Notes: a model not told the origin generated them from the letters alone. A stretch of 15,700 bases of DNA from Armatimonadota bacterium (GCA_034722055.1 JAYENL010000011.1:1-15700); one strand, 5' to 3'. Positions 1-7,832 are shown, numbered from the stretch's first letter. Numbers and translations: made by a program.

Positions 1-51
1 GCCGACCTGGGCCTGCCACAACTGCGCGTCAGGGACGCAGCCTCAATCTGA
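1..51 (+). CDS. ltrA: C-terminal fragment of group II intron reverse transcriptase/maturase (5'-truncated)
   Basis: Frame 1 reads ADLGLPQLRVRDAASI*, with TGA at 49-51 immediately before domain V. An 'LGLP.L' tail at this position is typical of IIC intron-encoded proteins lacking an endonuclease domain. Only 16 codons are visible. Confidence 0.75.
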   Translation, partial: ADLGLPQLRVRDAASI

Positions 52-53
52 TC

Positions 54-125
54 GAACCGCCGTGTACGGACCCGTACGCACGGTGGTGTGACAGGGACAG
101 CCCGTGAGGGCCTACCTATGTCAAT
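54..125 (+). ncRNA. Group II intron catalytic domains V and VI
   Basis: Base-pairing checked by hand as described for the intron feature; matches the GAACCGCCG...CGGTGGTGTG...CCTA..YAAT pattern of IIC introns. Confidence 0.92.
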
Positions 126-160
126 CGGCTCTGCGGACCCACCCCTCAGCCGCACCCAGT

Positions 161-188
161 TTGACATCACGTCAGGCCCCGGTATAAT
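161..188 (+). promoter_or_regulatory. Sigma70-type promoter for the ABC transporter gene
   Basis: Exact TTGACA (161-166), 16-nt spacer, exact TATAAT (183-188), 47 nt upstream of ATG 236, in otherwise GC-rich DNA. Confidence 0.85.
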
Positions 189-235
189 TCCCCAGTCGAG
201 GCCTACACCTACCGACCAGAGGCAGCGTACGCCCC

Positions 236-2104
236 ATGGACCTCTTCCTCAGACTGCTGCAGTTCGCGGCCCGCTATCGCGGGGCCCTCACCGTGTCAAT
301 CTCCCTTGTATTCGTGACCACTGGGCTTGGCATGGTGCCACCGCATCTGACGCGCCTGCTGGTGGACAGCCAGCTGTCGAACTACCACATGCTCGACGCC
401 GCGACGAAGCAGTCGGTGCAGGCGGAGCTGTGGGCTCTGGTGCTGTCGGTGTGCGCCGCGCTGCTGGGCATCCGCGTGTCGATCGCCCTGGTCGGCTACG
501 TGCGCTACATGATCATGGTGGTCATCGGCAACCGCGTGGTCTTCGACATTCGCCAGCAGCTCTACAGGCACCTGCAGCGGCTCTCCATGCGCTACTTCGA
601 GTCCCACTCCACCGGTCGGATCATGACCCGGATCCTCTACGACGTGGGTGCCGTCCAGCACACGCTGACCGGCAACCTCGTGGACATCATCACCAACTCC
701 AGCACCGTGCTCTTCGTGTTCGCACTGGTCTTCTTCATCAACTGGCGCCTGGCTCTCATAGCCGTGGGGGTGCTGCCGCTCTACGTGGCCAACTTCTTCA
801 TCTGGCGCCCCCAGATCCGACACGCCTCCAGGGAGGCGCGGGAGCAGTTCTCCGCCATCTCCGGCCAGCTCAACGACGCTATCTCGGGCATCCGTGTCAT
901 CAAGGCCTTCACCCGTGAGCGCTCCGAGGCCCGCCGGTTCGTGCACGAGGTGCGGGAGATCATCGATCTGAATGTCAGGGCGGGGCGAGCCCGGGCCTCC
1001 CTCTCGGTCATCTCCAGCTTTCTCACGGGTATGGCCACCATCGTCGTCATCTACATCGGCGCCCGCGAGGTGCTCTATGCCGAGCGCATGACCTACGGCC
1101 AGCTCATCCAGTTCAACGCCTACATGGGCATGCTCTACTCGCCCATCATCGCACTGGTGACCATCAACGACCAGATCCAGGTCGCCATGGCCGCCATCGA
1201 GCGGATCTTCGAGCTGTTCGACACCGCCCCCGACATCCAGGAGCGCCGGGACCCGGTCATCATCGACCGCTGTGAGGGCAATGTGGAGTTCGACCACGTC
1301 TGGTTCGCCTACGACCCCAACGAGGAGGTCCTCAGCGATATCACCTTCACGGCTGAGCCGGGGACGGTCACGGCGCTGGTGGGCCGCAGCGGCTCCGGCA
1401 AGTCCACTCTGGTGCATCTGATCCCGCGCTTTTACGACCCCACCCGTGGCCGGGTGCTGCTCGACGGCACGGACCTCAGGGACCTGCAGATCACCAGCCT
1501 TCGTAAGCAGATCGGGATGGTCATGCAGGAGACCTTCCTGTTTGCAGGGACCCTGCGCGACAACATCAAGTACGGCCGTCCGGAGGCCGCCGACAACGAG
1601 GTCGTCCAGGCCGCCATCGCCGCCAACGCCCACGACTTCATCACGGAGTTCCCGGACGGCTACGAGAGCCGCGTGGGGGAGCGCGGCACCAGGCTCTCGG
1701 GCGGCCAGCGCCAGCGCATCTCCATCGCCCGCGCCATCCTCCGCAACCCCCGCATCCTCATCCTCGATGAGGCCACCTCCGCGCTGGACTCCGAGTCCGA
1801 GGCCGCCATCCAGGAGGCGCTGGACTACCTCATGCAGGGCCGCACCACCTTCACCATCGCCCACCGCCTCTCCACGGTGATGAACGCCGACGAGATCATC
1901 GTGCTTGACTACGGTGAGATGGTCGAGCGCGGCACTCACGCCGAGCTGGCCACCGCCGGCGGCATCTACGAGATGCTCTGCGACGTCCAGTTCCGCCAGG
2001 CCGTGGAGAAGATGGAGGAGCACGAGGAGGCCGTCGAGGAGGAGCGGAAGCAGCGCAGGCGCCGGCGGAGGGACGACCGGGCCTCCCGGGAGCCCCCCGG
2101 CTAG
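236..2104 (+). CDS. ABC transporter, fused permease + ATP-binding half-transporter (MsbA/Sav1866-type exporter)
   Basis: N-terminal hydrophobic transmembrane domain; Walker A GRSGSGKST; signature LSGGQRQR; Walker B/D-loop ILILDEATSALD; H-switch IAHRLST; GC-rich third codon positions. Confidence 0.95.
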   Translation: MDLFLRLLQFAARYRGALTVSISLVFVTTGLGMVPPHLTRLLVDSQLSNYHMLDAATKQSVQAELWALVLSVCAALLGIRVSIALVGYVRYMIMVVIGNRVVFDIRQQLYRHLQRLSMRYFESHSTGRIMTRILYDVGAVQHTLTGNLVDIITNSSTVLFVFALVFFINWRLALIAVGVLPLYVANFFIWRPQIRHASREAREQFSAISGQLNDAISGIRVIKAFTRERSEARRFVHEVREIIDLNVRAGRARASLSVISSFLTGMATIVVIYIGAREVLYAERMTYGQLIQFNAYMGMLYSPIIALVTINDQIQVAMAAIERIFELFDTAPDIQERRDPVIIDRCEGNVEFDHVWFAYDPNEEVLSDITFTAEPGTVTALVGRSGSGKSTLVHLIPRFYDPTRGRVLLDGTDLRDLQITSLRKQIGMVMQETFLFAGTLRDNIKYGRPEAADNEVVQAAIAANAHDFITEFPDGYESRVGERGTRLSGGQRQRISIARAILRNPRILILDEATSALDSESEAAIQEALDYLMQGRTTFTIAHRLSTVMNADEIIVLDYGEMVERGTHAELATAGGIYEMLCDVQFRQAVEKMEEHEEAVEEERKQRRRRRRDDRASREPPG

Positions 2105-2340
2105 AATCTGTCCCGTCGCTTACCGAACCGCAGCCTGGTGGGACGCCGCTTCTTGATGCCTTGCTCCCTTTCGCTCCCTTAAGAGCTATCGGCGTCTTCG
2201 ACCTTTTTTCTCACACACAGGAGGACTTCTGCCGTGGCGCCCCGAATGTGTGAAAGACTGCGGTGCGCGGTGCTGGCGGCGCACCGATCTTTACGTCGTG
2301 CTCCGGCCGACCGCCGGACATTACACTGGAGGTGCGTAAC

Positions 2341-2991
2341 ATGACGAGACGTGGCTTCACCCTCATCGAGCTGCTGGTGGTGATCGCGATCATCGCCATC
2401 CTGGCGGCGATCCTCTTCCCCGTCTTCGCACGGGCGAGGGAGAAGGCAAAGCAGTCCTCATGCCTCAGCAACGTCAAGCAGTTGGGCCTGGCCTGCGTGA
2501 TGTACGCGCAGGACTACGACGACCACCTTCCCTGCGTGCAGATGAGGTACGGTCACTCCACAGACTACTGGTTTGAGGTGGTCCAGCCCTACATAAAGAA
2601 CACTGACATCCTCCGCTGTCCCTCCGCCCCCCAACAGTACCCGGGCTATGGCTGGAACTACCCCCACGCGGGCTATCGGCTGGACCTCAATCACCAGGTC
2701 AATCGCAGTCAGATCGAGTTCCCCGCTGAGATGATGCTCTTCGGCGACAGCGATCCCGAGGGTGCGTCAAGCTGGGTGAGGCTCTATCTCTACTGCGCCG
2801 TCCGCTGGCCGTTCCCGCCCGGCATTCGGAACGAAACGAACGTGATCGCCACGCGCCATAATGGCGGGGCTAACTTCGCCTTCGCCGACGGTCACGCTAA
2901 GTGGCGCATGACAAACAGCGTGACCGGAAGCAGTGCCGCGGTGCAGCGCTTCTGGGGCCATCCCAGCCCCAGCACCGTGCCCGGGTCGTGA
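2341..2991 (+). CDS. Prepilin-type N-terminal cleavage/methylation protein with H-X9-DG motif (DUF1559-like)
   Basis: [36 protein letters not shown] class III signal; '[17 protein letters not shown]'; C-terminal [25 protein letters not shown] at 2328-2333 supports the start at 2341 rather than 2263. Confidence 0.93.
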   Translation: MTRRGFTLIELLVVIAIIAILAAILFPVFARAREKAKQSSCLSNVKQLGLACVMYAQDYDDHLPCVQMRYGHSTDYWFEVVQPYIKNTDILRCPSAPQQYPGYGWNYPHAGYRLDLNHQVNRSQIEFPAEMMLFGDSDPEGASSWVRLYLYCAVRWPFPPGIRNETNVIATRHNGGANFAFADGHAKWRMTNSVTGSSAAVQRFWGHPSPSTVPGS

Positions 2992-3045
2992 GCTGACGGC
3001 GTGACGCCGCAACACCCGCCCGCCAACGAGGCTGCGCCCGCCAGA

Positions 3046-3076
3046 GAGGCCGCCGGGAGATCGCCCCGGCGGCCTC
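3046..3076. terminator. GC-rich stem-loop between convergent genes (putative bidirectional terminator)
   Basis: Perfect 12-bp inverted repeat GAGGCCGCCGGG / CCCGGCGGCCTC with a 7-nt loop, between the stops at 2991 (+) and 3100 (-). No U-tract. Confidence 0.55.
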
Positions 3077-3099
3077 CGTCGTGCTCTCAGCTCCACACG

Positions 3100-4425
3100 C
3101 TACCCGTGCCGTGAGGCGCCCGACACCCCCAGCCCCTCCTCCGTGTAGTCGTCCTCCTCCACGGGGACTTGGTCGGCGTGCTCCATGACCTTCCGGTAGG
3201 CGTCGGCGCACTGGCGGATGTACTCCTCATCGAAGTAGGCGAAGCGCGGCACCCGGTAGACGCGCGTGTACATCTTCATCGCCGTGGGCAGGTCCTCGTC
3301 GCCCATCCGCCAGTCCTTCTCCGCGAAGCGCACCGCCGTGGGCACCTCCTCCCCGTAGATCGCCAGGTCGTTGAAGGCCGGATGGCGATGCAGCAGCCGG
3401 TAGCCGCCCCCGCCGCAGACGCTCCCCTCTGCCTGCACCGCCCGCGCGAAGGCCTTCAGCGGCAGGTTCCCCGGCGCCTGCTCGGGATCGTAGATGCCGT
3501 GCGGGGCGTACCACCCGCCCAGCGTGGAGTCCTGCCACTTCGGGGAGTGCGGGACGATCCCGGGCACGTCCTCGAGCAGACCCCACCACAGCTCCGCGGA
3601 GCGCTCCTTGTCCTCCAGGATCCCCGGGTACTTCTCGAGCTGCACCTTCGCCATGGCTGCCGAGAAGCCATTCATGCGGAACTTGTGCCCGCCGATGGCC
3701 AGGCCCGCCATGTTCCTGTACTTTTCGATCTCGCAGTGCTTGGCGATCCGCCCATAGTGCCCGAACACGATGGCCCGCTCGTGGATCTCCTGGTCGTCGG
3801 TGCACAGCACGCCACCCTCGCTCGTGGGCAGGGCCTTCCCGGTCATGATCGACATCGCTGATACCTGGCCGATCGAGCCCGTCAGCCGGCCCTTGTAGCG
3901 GGCCCCGTGCGCGTGCGAGACGTCCTCGATCACCGGCACGCCCGTCTCCTCGCTGATCTCCATGAGCGGGTCCATGTCCGCCGGGTGCCCGTACAGGTGC
4001 ACCGCCACGATGGCCTTGGTGCGGTCGGTGATCTTCCGCCGCACGTCCTCGGGGTCGATGCACAGCGTGTCCTCCTCGATGTCGGCGAACACCACCACGC
4101 CACGGAGGCTCAGCACCGGCATCGCCGAGGCCCAGTAGGTGACCGTGGGGCAGATGACCTCATCGCCCTCCCCCACACCCACGCCGTAGAACGCGCCGTA
4201 GAGCGCCGCTGTGCCGGTGTTGTGCGCCAGCGCGTACCCCGTGCCCTGCCACGCCGCGTACATCTCCTCGAACTCCAGCGAGGGCTCGATGGCCGACATC
4301 TGCCGGCTGTGGAGCATCTCCACGACCGCCCGCTCATCGCGGTCATCGATGATGGGGTGGACGAAGATGTCGCCGGGGTCTTTGGTGACCGCCTTCGGGC
4401 CGCTGTTGATCGCCAGTGTGCTCAT
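3100..4425 (-). CDS. DegT/DnrJ/EryC1/StrS-family PLP-dependent sugar aminotransferase
   Basis: 'LAINSGPK' N-terminus, NTGTAAL, GDEVICP, TKAIVAVHLYGHPADMD, IEDVSHAHG, and the catalytic Lys motif SIMTGKALPTSEGG. SD CAGGAG upstream. Confidence 0.93.
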   Translation of the reverse strand: MSTLAINSGPKAVTKDPGDIFVHPIIDDRDERAVVEMLHSRQMSAIEPSLEFEEMYAAWQGTGYALAHNTGTAALYGAFYGVGVGEGDEVICPTVTYWASAMPVLSLRGVVVFADIEEDTLCIDPEDVRRKITDRTKAIVAVHLYGHPADMDPLMEISEETGVPVIEDVSHAHGARYKGRLTGSIGQVSAMSIMTGKALPTSEGGVLCTDDQEIHERAIVFGHYGRIAKHCEIEKYRNMAGLAIGGHKFRMNGFSAAMAKVQLEKYPGILEDKERSAELWWGLLEDVPGIVPHSPKWQDSTLGGWYAPHGIYDPEQAPGNLPLKAFARAVQAEGSVCGGGGYRLLHRHPAFNDLAIYGEEVPTAVRFAEKDWRMGDEDLPTAMKMYTRVYRVPRFAYFDEEYIRQCADAYRKVMEHADQVPVEEDDYTEEGLGVSGASRHG

Positions 4426-4568
4426 GGTGGTCAGCTCCTGGGGCTCTCACAATGGCTCTCTCTCGCCTCAGCTATCTCATATTCGCGGATTTCGCCGGTT
4501 GCCCTCTCCGGGTGCCGGCCGCAGATTGTTGGTTGCGGGCACGGCCGCCCGCAACTCAAACAGGCACT

Positions 4569-4824
4569 GGGGCGCGGGCGCCCTCGCCCGCGCGTTCCAC
4601 CGACACTTGGAATTCGCCCCGCGCTCTCCGGCAGGAGTGCGTGCTTGCGCGCCGAAACCATCACCGACACGCGAGTGAGTGCGGCGCCCCATACGGCCGC
4701 TGTTAGTCACGCAGGTCGGCCTGCGGTTGACGGGAGAGCCCGCCCCACAACCCGCGTGGGTCGGCCTGTGCCTGACACGACAGCCAACCTCACGACCCGC
4801 GTAGGTCGGGCATCCTTGCCCGAC
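4569..4824 (+). repeat. Cluster of REP-like palindromes, including a degenerate 45-bp-period triplet
   Basis: GCGCGGGCG-ccct-CGCCCGCGC at 4572-4593. GYRG-GTCGG units start at 4711, 4756 and 4801; the last is a perfect GTAG-GTCGGGCA-tcct-TGCCCGAC. Confidence 0.65.
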
Positions 4825-4864
4825 AGGGCGCCTGCAGGTCGAAGCGCTGAGAGGAGGCACTCCG

Positions 4865-5071
4865 GTGGAAGAGCAGAAGATCGAGGTCCGCTGCCCCTTC
4901 ATGGACATGATGCGCGAGTACTTCCCGCTGATCCCGGTGGTCGTCCCGATCCTGTTCCCGATCGTGCCGCTGATCTGCGTGGTCCTCTACGTCGGGCACA
5001 TCGGGGCCAGCGTCAGGCACATCGAGGAGCAGCTCGACGAGATCCTGACCGCCGTCCGCCGCATCAGTTGA
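4865..5071 (+). CDS. Small (68 aa) hypothetical single-pass membrane protein
   Basis: Strong SD GAGGAGG (4851-4857) 7 nt before GTG; nearly all codons end in G/C like the neighbouring real genes; hydrophobic stretch FPLIPVVVPILFPIVPLICVVLYV followed by an amphipathic helix. Confidence 0.75.
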   Translation: MEEQKIEVRCPFMDMMREYFPLIPVVVPILFPIVPLICVVLYVGHIGASVRHIEEQLDEILTAVRRIS

Positions 5072-5328
5072 GAGGAGCGATCGCACGGACACGTCACCCG
5101 TGCTGCCGAGAGGCGGCCGCCCTCGCCCGCGAGCCGGCCGAAGGCCCGCTCAGTATGGGGCAGGCGGGCGAGACGCGGACGAGTGCTGAGCGGCAGAAGT
5201 CCGCCTGTTATCGCGCCTCCTCACAACAGCCCTGCTCGCACCGTGGGGCGCGAGCGAAGTGACCGGCGTGAGGTCGCGAGCGGAGCGAGGACCTGACAGC
5301 TTCCACTGAGGCCCATGCCACTTCGTGC

Positions 5329-6834
5329 CTACCGCAGCTCCCGCTTGACGACCTTCCCGGAGGGATTCCGCGGCAGCTCGTCGAGCAGCTCCACCTGCTG
5401 CGGCACCTTGAAGGACGCCAGGTGCCGGGCGCAGTGGCGCTTGACCTCGCGCTCCGTCAGCTCCGAGCCCTCCCGCGGGACGACCGCCGCCTTCACGACC
5501 TCCCCCAGCACCGGGTGCTCGACCCCCACCACCGCCGCCTCCACCACGTCCGGATGGCGCGTGAGGACGTTCTCAACCTCGACGGGATACACGTTCTCGC
5601 CGGCGACGATGATCAGCTCCGTGGTCCGCCCCCGCAGGAAGACGAAGCCGTCCTCGTCGATGTAAGCCCTGTCGCCGGTGTGCAGCCAGCCCTCCTCCAG
5701 CGCCTCGGCGGTGGCGTCGGGGCGCTGGTAATAGCCCTGGAAGACGCTCGGCCCGCGGATGAGCAGCTCCCCCACCTCGCCCGCCGGCAGCTCCCGTCCC
5801 TCCTCGTCCACCACCTTCGCCTCCAGCTCCGGCACCACGCGCCCGATGGACTCCGCGTGGCTGAGGGCGAACTGGGAGGCCAGCATGGTGGTCACCGACG
5901 TGGTCTCCGTGAGGCCGTAGAAGTTGTGCAGCGCCACGTCCGGGAACAGCTCGCGCAGCCGGTGGATGGCGCCCACCGGCATCGGCGCCCCGGAGTAGGC
6001 GATCAGCCGCAGCGAGGACAGGTCGAAGTCCCCGAGGCTCGGCTCGTTCGCCAGCATGATGGTGGTGGTGGGCACCGTGAACATGGTGGTGCAGCGGTGC
6101 CGCTCGATCAGCGCCAGCAGCTCCCGGGGGTTCGTCTCCGCGCTGACGACCATGGTCGAGCCCAGGTGCAGCGAGGTGGGCATGATGGTGTTCAGGCCCG
6201 TGACGTGGAACAGCGGCACGATCAGCAGGTGCACATCGTCGGGGCGGAAGCCGTGGCCGCGGATGGTGGACTGCACGTTGAAGAGCACATTGCCGTGGGA
6301 GATCATGGCACCCTTGGGCAGGCCGGTGGTGCCGGAGGTGTAGATGATGGCGGCGATGTCATCGGGGGCGATCTCCGGCGGGGCGAAGTCGGGGGCCGGC
6401 TCTGCCAACAGCTCATCGACGGGCGTAACGCCCTCGGCGTCCGTCCCCACCCCGAGCACCGCCTCGATGCACTCCAGGCCGTCGAGGGCCTCCCGCACCG
6501 TCTGCCAGGTGCGCTCGTGGGCCACGATCAGCCGCGCGCCGACGTCGCCCAGGATAAAGCGCATCTCCTCGGCCGTCAGTCGCACGTTCACAGGCACCGC
6601 GATGGCACCGGCGCGGATGGCTCCGAGGTAGCAGACCACTGAGTGCAGGCAGTTGGGCATGACCAGCCCGATGCGGTCGCCCGGCTCCACGCGCAGGTCG
6701 CGCAGGGCCCGGGAGAAGCGCTCCACCAGCCCCCGCAGCTCCGCGAATGACACGGGGTCGCCGCGGTAGATAGCGGCGACCCCGTCGCCGAACTCGTCGG
6801 CGGACCGATTGAGCAGGTCGATCAGCGTCCGCAT
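5329..6834 (-). CDS. Long-chain-fatty-acid--CoA ligase / class I adenylate-forming enzyme
   Basis: AMP-binding motif IIYTSGTTGLPKG, YGLTET, GWLHTGD, GENVYPVEVE, and LPRNPSGKV with the catalytic Lys. SD GGGAGGG upstream. Confidence 0.93.
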   Translation of the reverse strand: MRTLIDLLNRSADEFGDGVAAIYRGDPVSFAELRGLVERFSRALRDLRVEPGDRIGLVMPNCLHSVVCYLGAIRAGAIAVPVNVRLTAEEMRFILGDVGARLIVAHERTWQTVREALDGLECIEAVLGVGTDAEGVTPVDELLAEPAPDFAPPEIAPDDIAAIIYTSGTTGLPKGAMISHGNVLFNVQSTIRGHGFRPDDVHLLIVPLFHVTGLNTIMPTSLHLGSTMVVSAETNPRELLALIERHRCTTMFTVPTTTIMLANEPSLGDFDLSSLRLIAYSGAPMPVGAIHRLRELFPDVALHNFYGLTETTSVTTMLASQFALSHAESIGRVVPELEAKVVDEEGRELPAGEVGELLIRGPSVFQGYYQRPDATAEALEEGWLHTGDRAYIDEDGFVFLRGRTTELIIVAGENVYPVEVENVLTRHPDVVEAAVVGVEHPVLGEVVKAAVVPREGSELTEREVKRHCARHLASFKVPQQVELLDELPRNPSGKVVKRELR

Positions 6835-6862
6835 CTGCCCTCCCGGCCGTCGTCGTCGTCCA

Positions 6863-6902
6863 GCCGTCTGGAGGGGCTGGTCTCCGTCCCAGCCCAGCCG
6901 TT
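6863..6902 (+). repeat. Isolated GGAG-type REP-like element
   Basis: GCCGTCT-GGAG-GGGCTGG-tctccgtc-CCAGCCC-aGCCGTT; 24/26 identical to the minus-strand copy at 7941-7966. Confidence 0.75.
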
Positions 6903-6903
6903 G

Positions 6904-7707
6904 CTAGACGTTCTCCCTCATCCAGTCGAGGCACTTGGCGTAGCCGGTAGCGCCGTCCTCGGCGCCCTCGTACTCCGCGCAGTAGGCGCCATCGTAGCCG
7001 TTGTCCTGCAGCGCCTCCACGGCGACGTCCAGGGGGATCTCGCCGTCCCCGAGTGCCGCACCCTGATAGTCGGACCGCGAGTTGCGGCCGTCCTTCATGT
7101 GCGTGTGCTTCGTCCACGGCGCGATGGCCTCGTAGATCTCCGGCAGCCTCTCCACCTCGTAGCCGAACCACCGGTAGTTCATGGTGTCCATGTTCGCGCC
7201 CACGTACTCGCTGTCCACGGTCTCGAAGACCTCGAGCTGCAGCTCGTAGTCGTTGCTCACCACGCCGTGGTTGTCGATGGCCAGGTGCATGTTCAGCTCC
7301 TCGCACATCGGCAGGCAGGCCCGGACGCACGTGATGATGGCCTCGGCGTAGCGGTCCTCCGGCACCTCGTCCTTGGGCCGGCCGCCCTCGGTGCGGAAGA
7401 TGTTGCAGTCCATCATCAGCGTGAGCTCCGCGATGCGGCGCGCGCGCATCACCTGCTCGTTGATCAGCCCCTCGTCGAGCAGCACGAAGTCGTTGCCCAG
7501 CGAGACCGCCGAGACGGTCAGCCCCAGCTCGTCCACCAGGTCCTTCAGCTCCTCGCAGTGGGCTGCGTAATCCCGCTCCTCCAGCTCCTCAGGCATGAGG
7601 TCGGTCCAGCGCAGCTCCACGCACTCGAAGCCGGCGTCGGCGGCCCAGCGCACGAACTCCTCAGTGGTGTCCCCCGGCGCCCGATAGTGGATCAGGCCAA
7701 GCATCAT
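6904..7707 (-). CDS. Sugar phosphate isomerase/epimerase family protein (xylose isomerase-like TIM barrel, AP endonuclease 2 family)
   Basis: AGFECVEL, LAIDNHG, GANMDTMN, HTHMKD, ALGDGEIP and GYDGAYCAEYEG motifs with metal-ligand spacing. Start is 7707 or 7704 (ATG ATG); SD GAGGG upstream. Confidence 0.88.
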   Translation of the reverse strand: MMLGLIHYRAPGDTTEEFVRWAADAGFECVELRWTDLMPEELEERDYAAHCEELKDLVDELGLTVSAVSLGNDFVLLDEGLINEQVMRARRIAELTLMMDCNIFRTEGGRPKDEVPEDRYAEAIITCVRACLPMCEELNMHLAIDNHGVVSNDYELQLEVFETVDSEYVGANMDTMNYRWFGYEVERLPEIYEAIAPWTKHTHMKDGRNSRSDYQGAALGDGEIPLDVAVEALQDNGYDGAYCAEYEGAEDGATGYAKCLDWMRENV

Positions 7708-7832
7708 GATCCTATCCCTCTCATTTCACGTGACGTGCTGGCGTGTGTGTGCCGTAGATTCGTCGGAGGGCTCAGTTGACCTTCGCCCACGATCTCGCGT
7801 CGTTCCTGCTCGGACTTCCCCACCCCGTCGCG

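Larger units (their letters stand above)
1..125 (+). mobile_element. 3' end of a group II intron, class C (IIC)-like; 5' part lies outside the window
   Basis: Domain V at 56-87: ACCGCCGTG pairs with CACGGTGGT, with a CGC catalytic triad (58-60), CG bulge (77-78) and a TACG/CGTA upper stem closing a GACC loop. Domain VI at 89-123: TGACAGG pairs with CCT[A]TGTCA, with bulged branch A at 118 and an inner GCCC-GTGA-GGGC hairpin. Terminal AT at 124-125. Confidence 0.93.

Noticed and set aside
88..918. 276-aa + strand ORF beginning inside the intron
   Set aside because: It starts at the domain V/VI junction, crosses the promoter and overlaps the ABC gene out of frame; the composition is not protein-like.
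2263..2340. Upstream GTG start for the prepilin-like gene
   Set aside because: The class III signal needs a short leader, and SD GGAGGT precedes ATG 2341.
2105..2340. Known riboswitch in the leader
   Set aside because: I could not match consensus motifs of TPP, SAM, cobalamin, glycine, c-di-GMP or fluoride riboswitches by eye; kept only as an unassigned structured leader.
4695..5225. Integron cassette (attC) interpretation of the small gene, prompted by GTTAGTC (4702) and GTTATCG (5207) and the nearby IIC intron
   Set aside because: No matching RYYYAAC inverse core with L-box pairing after the stop codon could be found, and there is no integrase or cassette array.
3907..5262. 451-aa + strand ORF
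   Set aside because: Antisense to the aminotransferase, then runs through REP-like repeats and out of frame over the better supported 68-aa gene.
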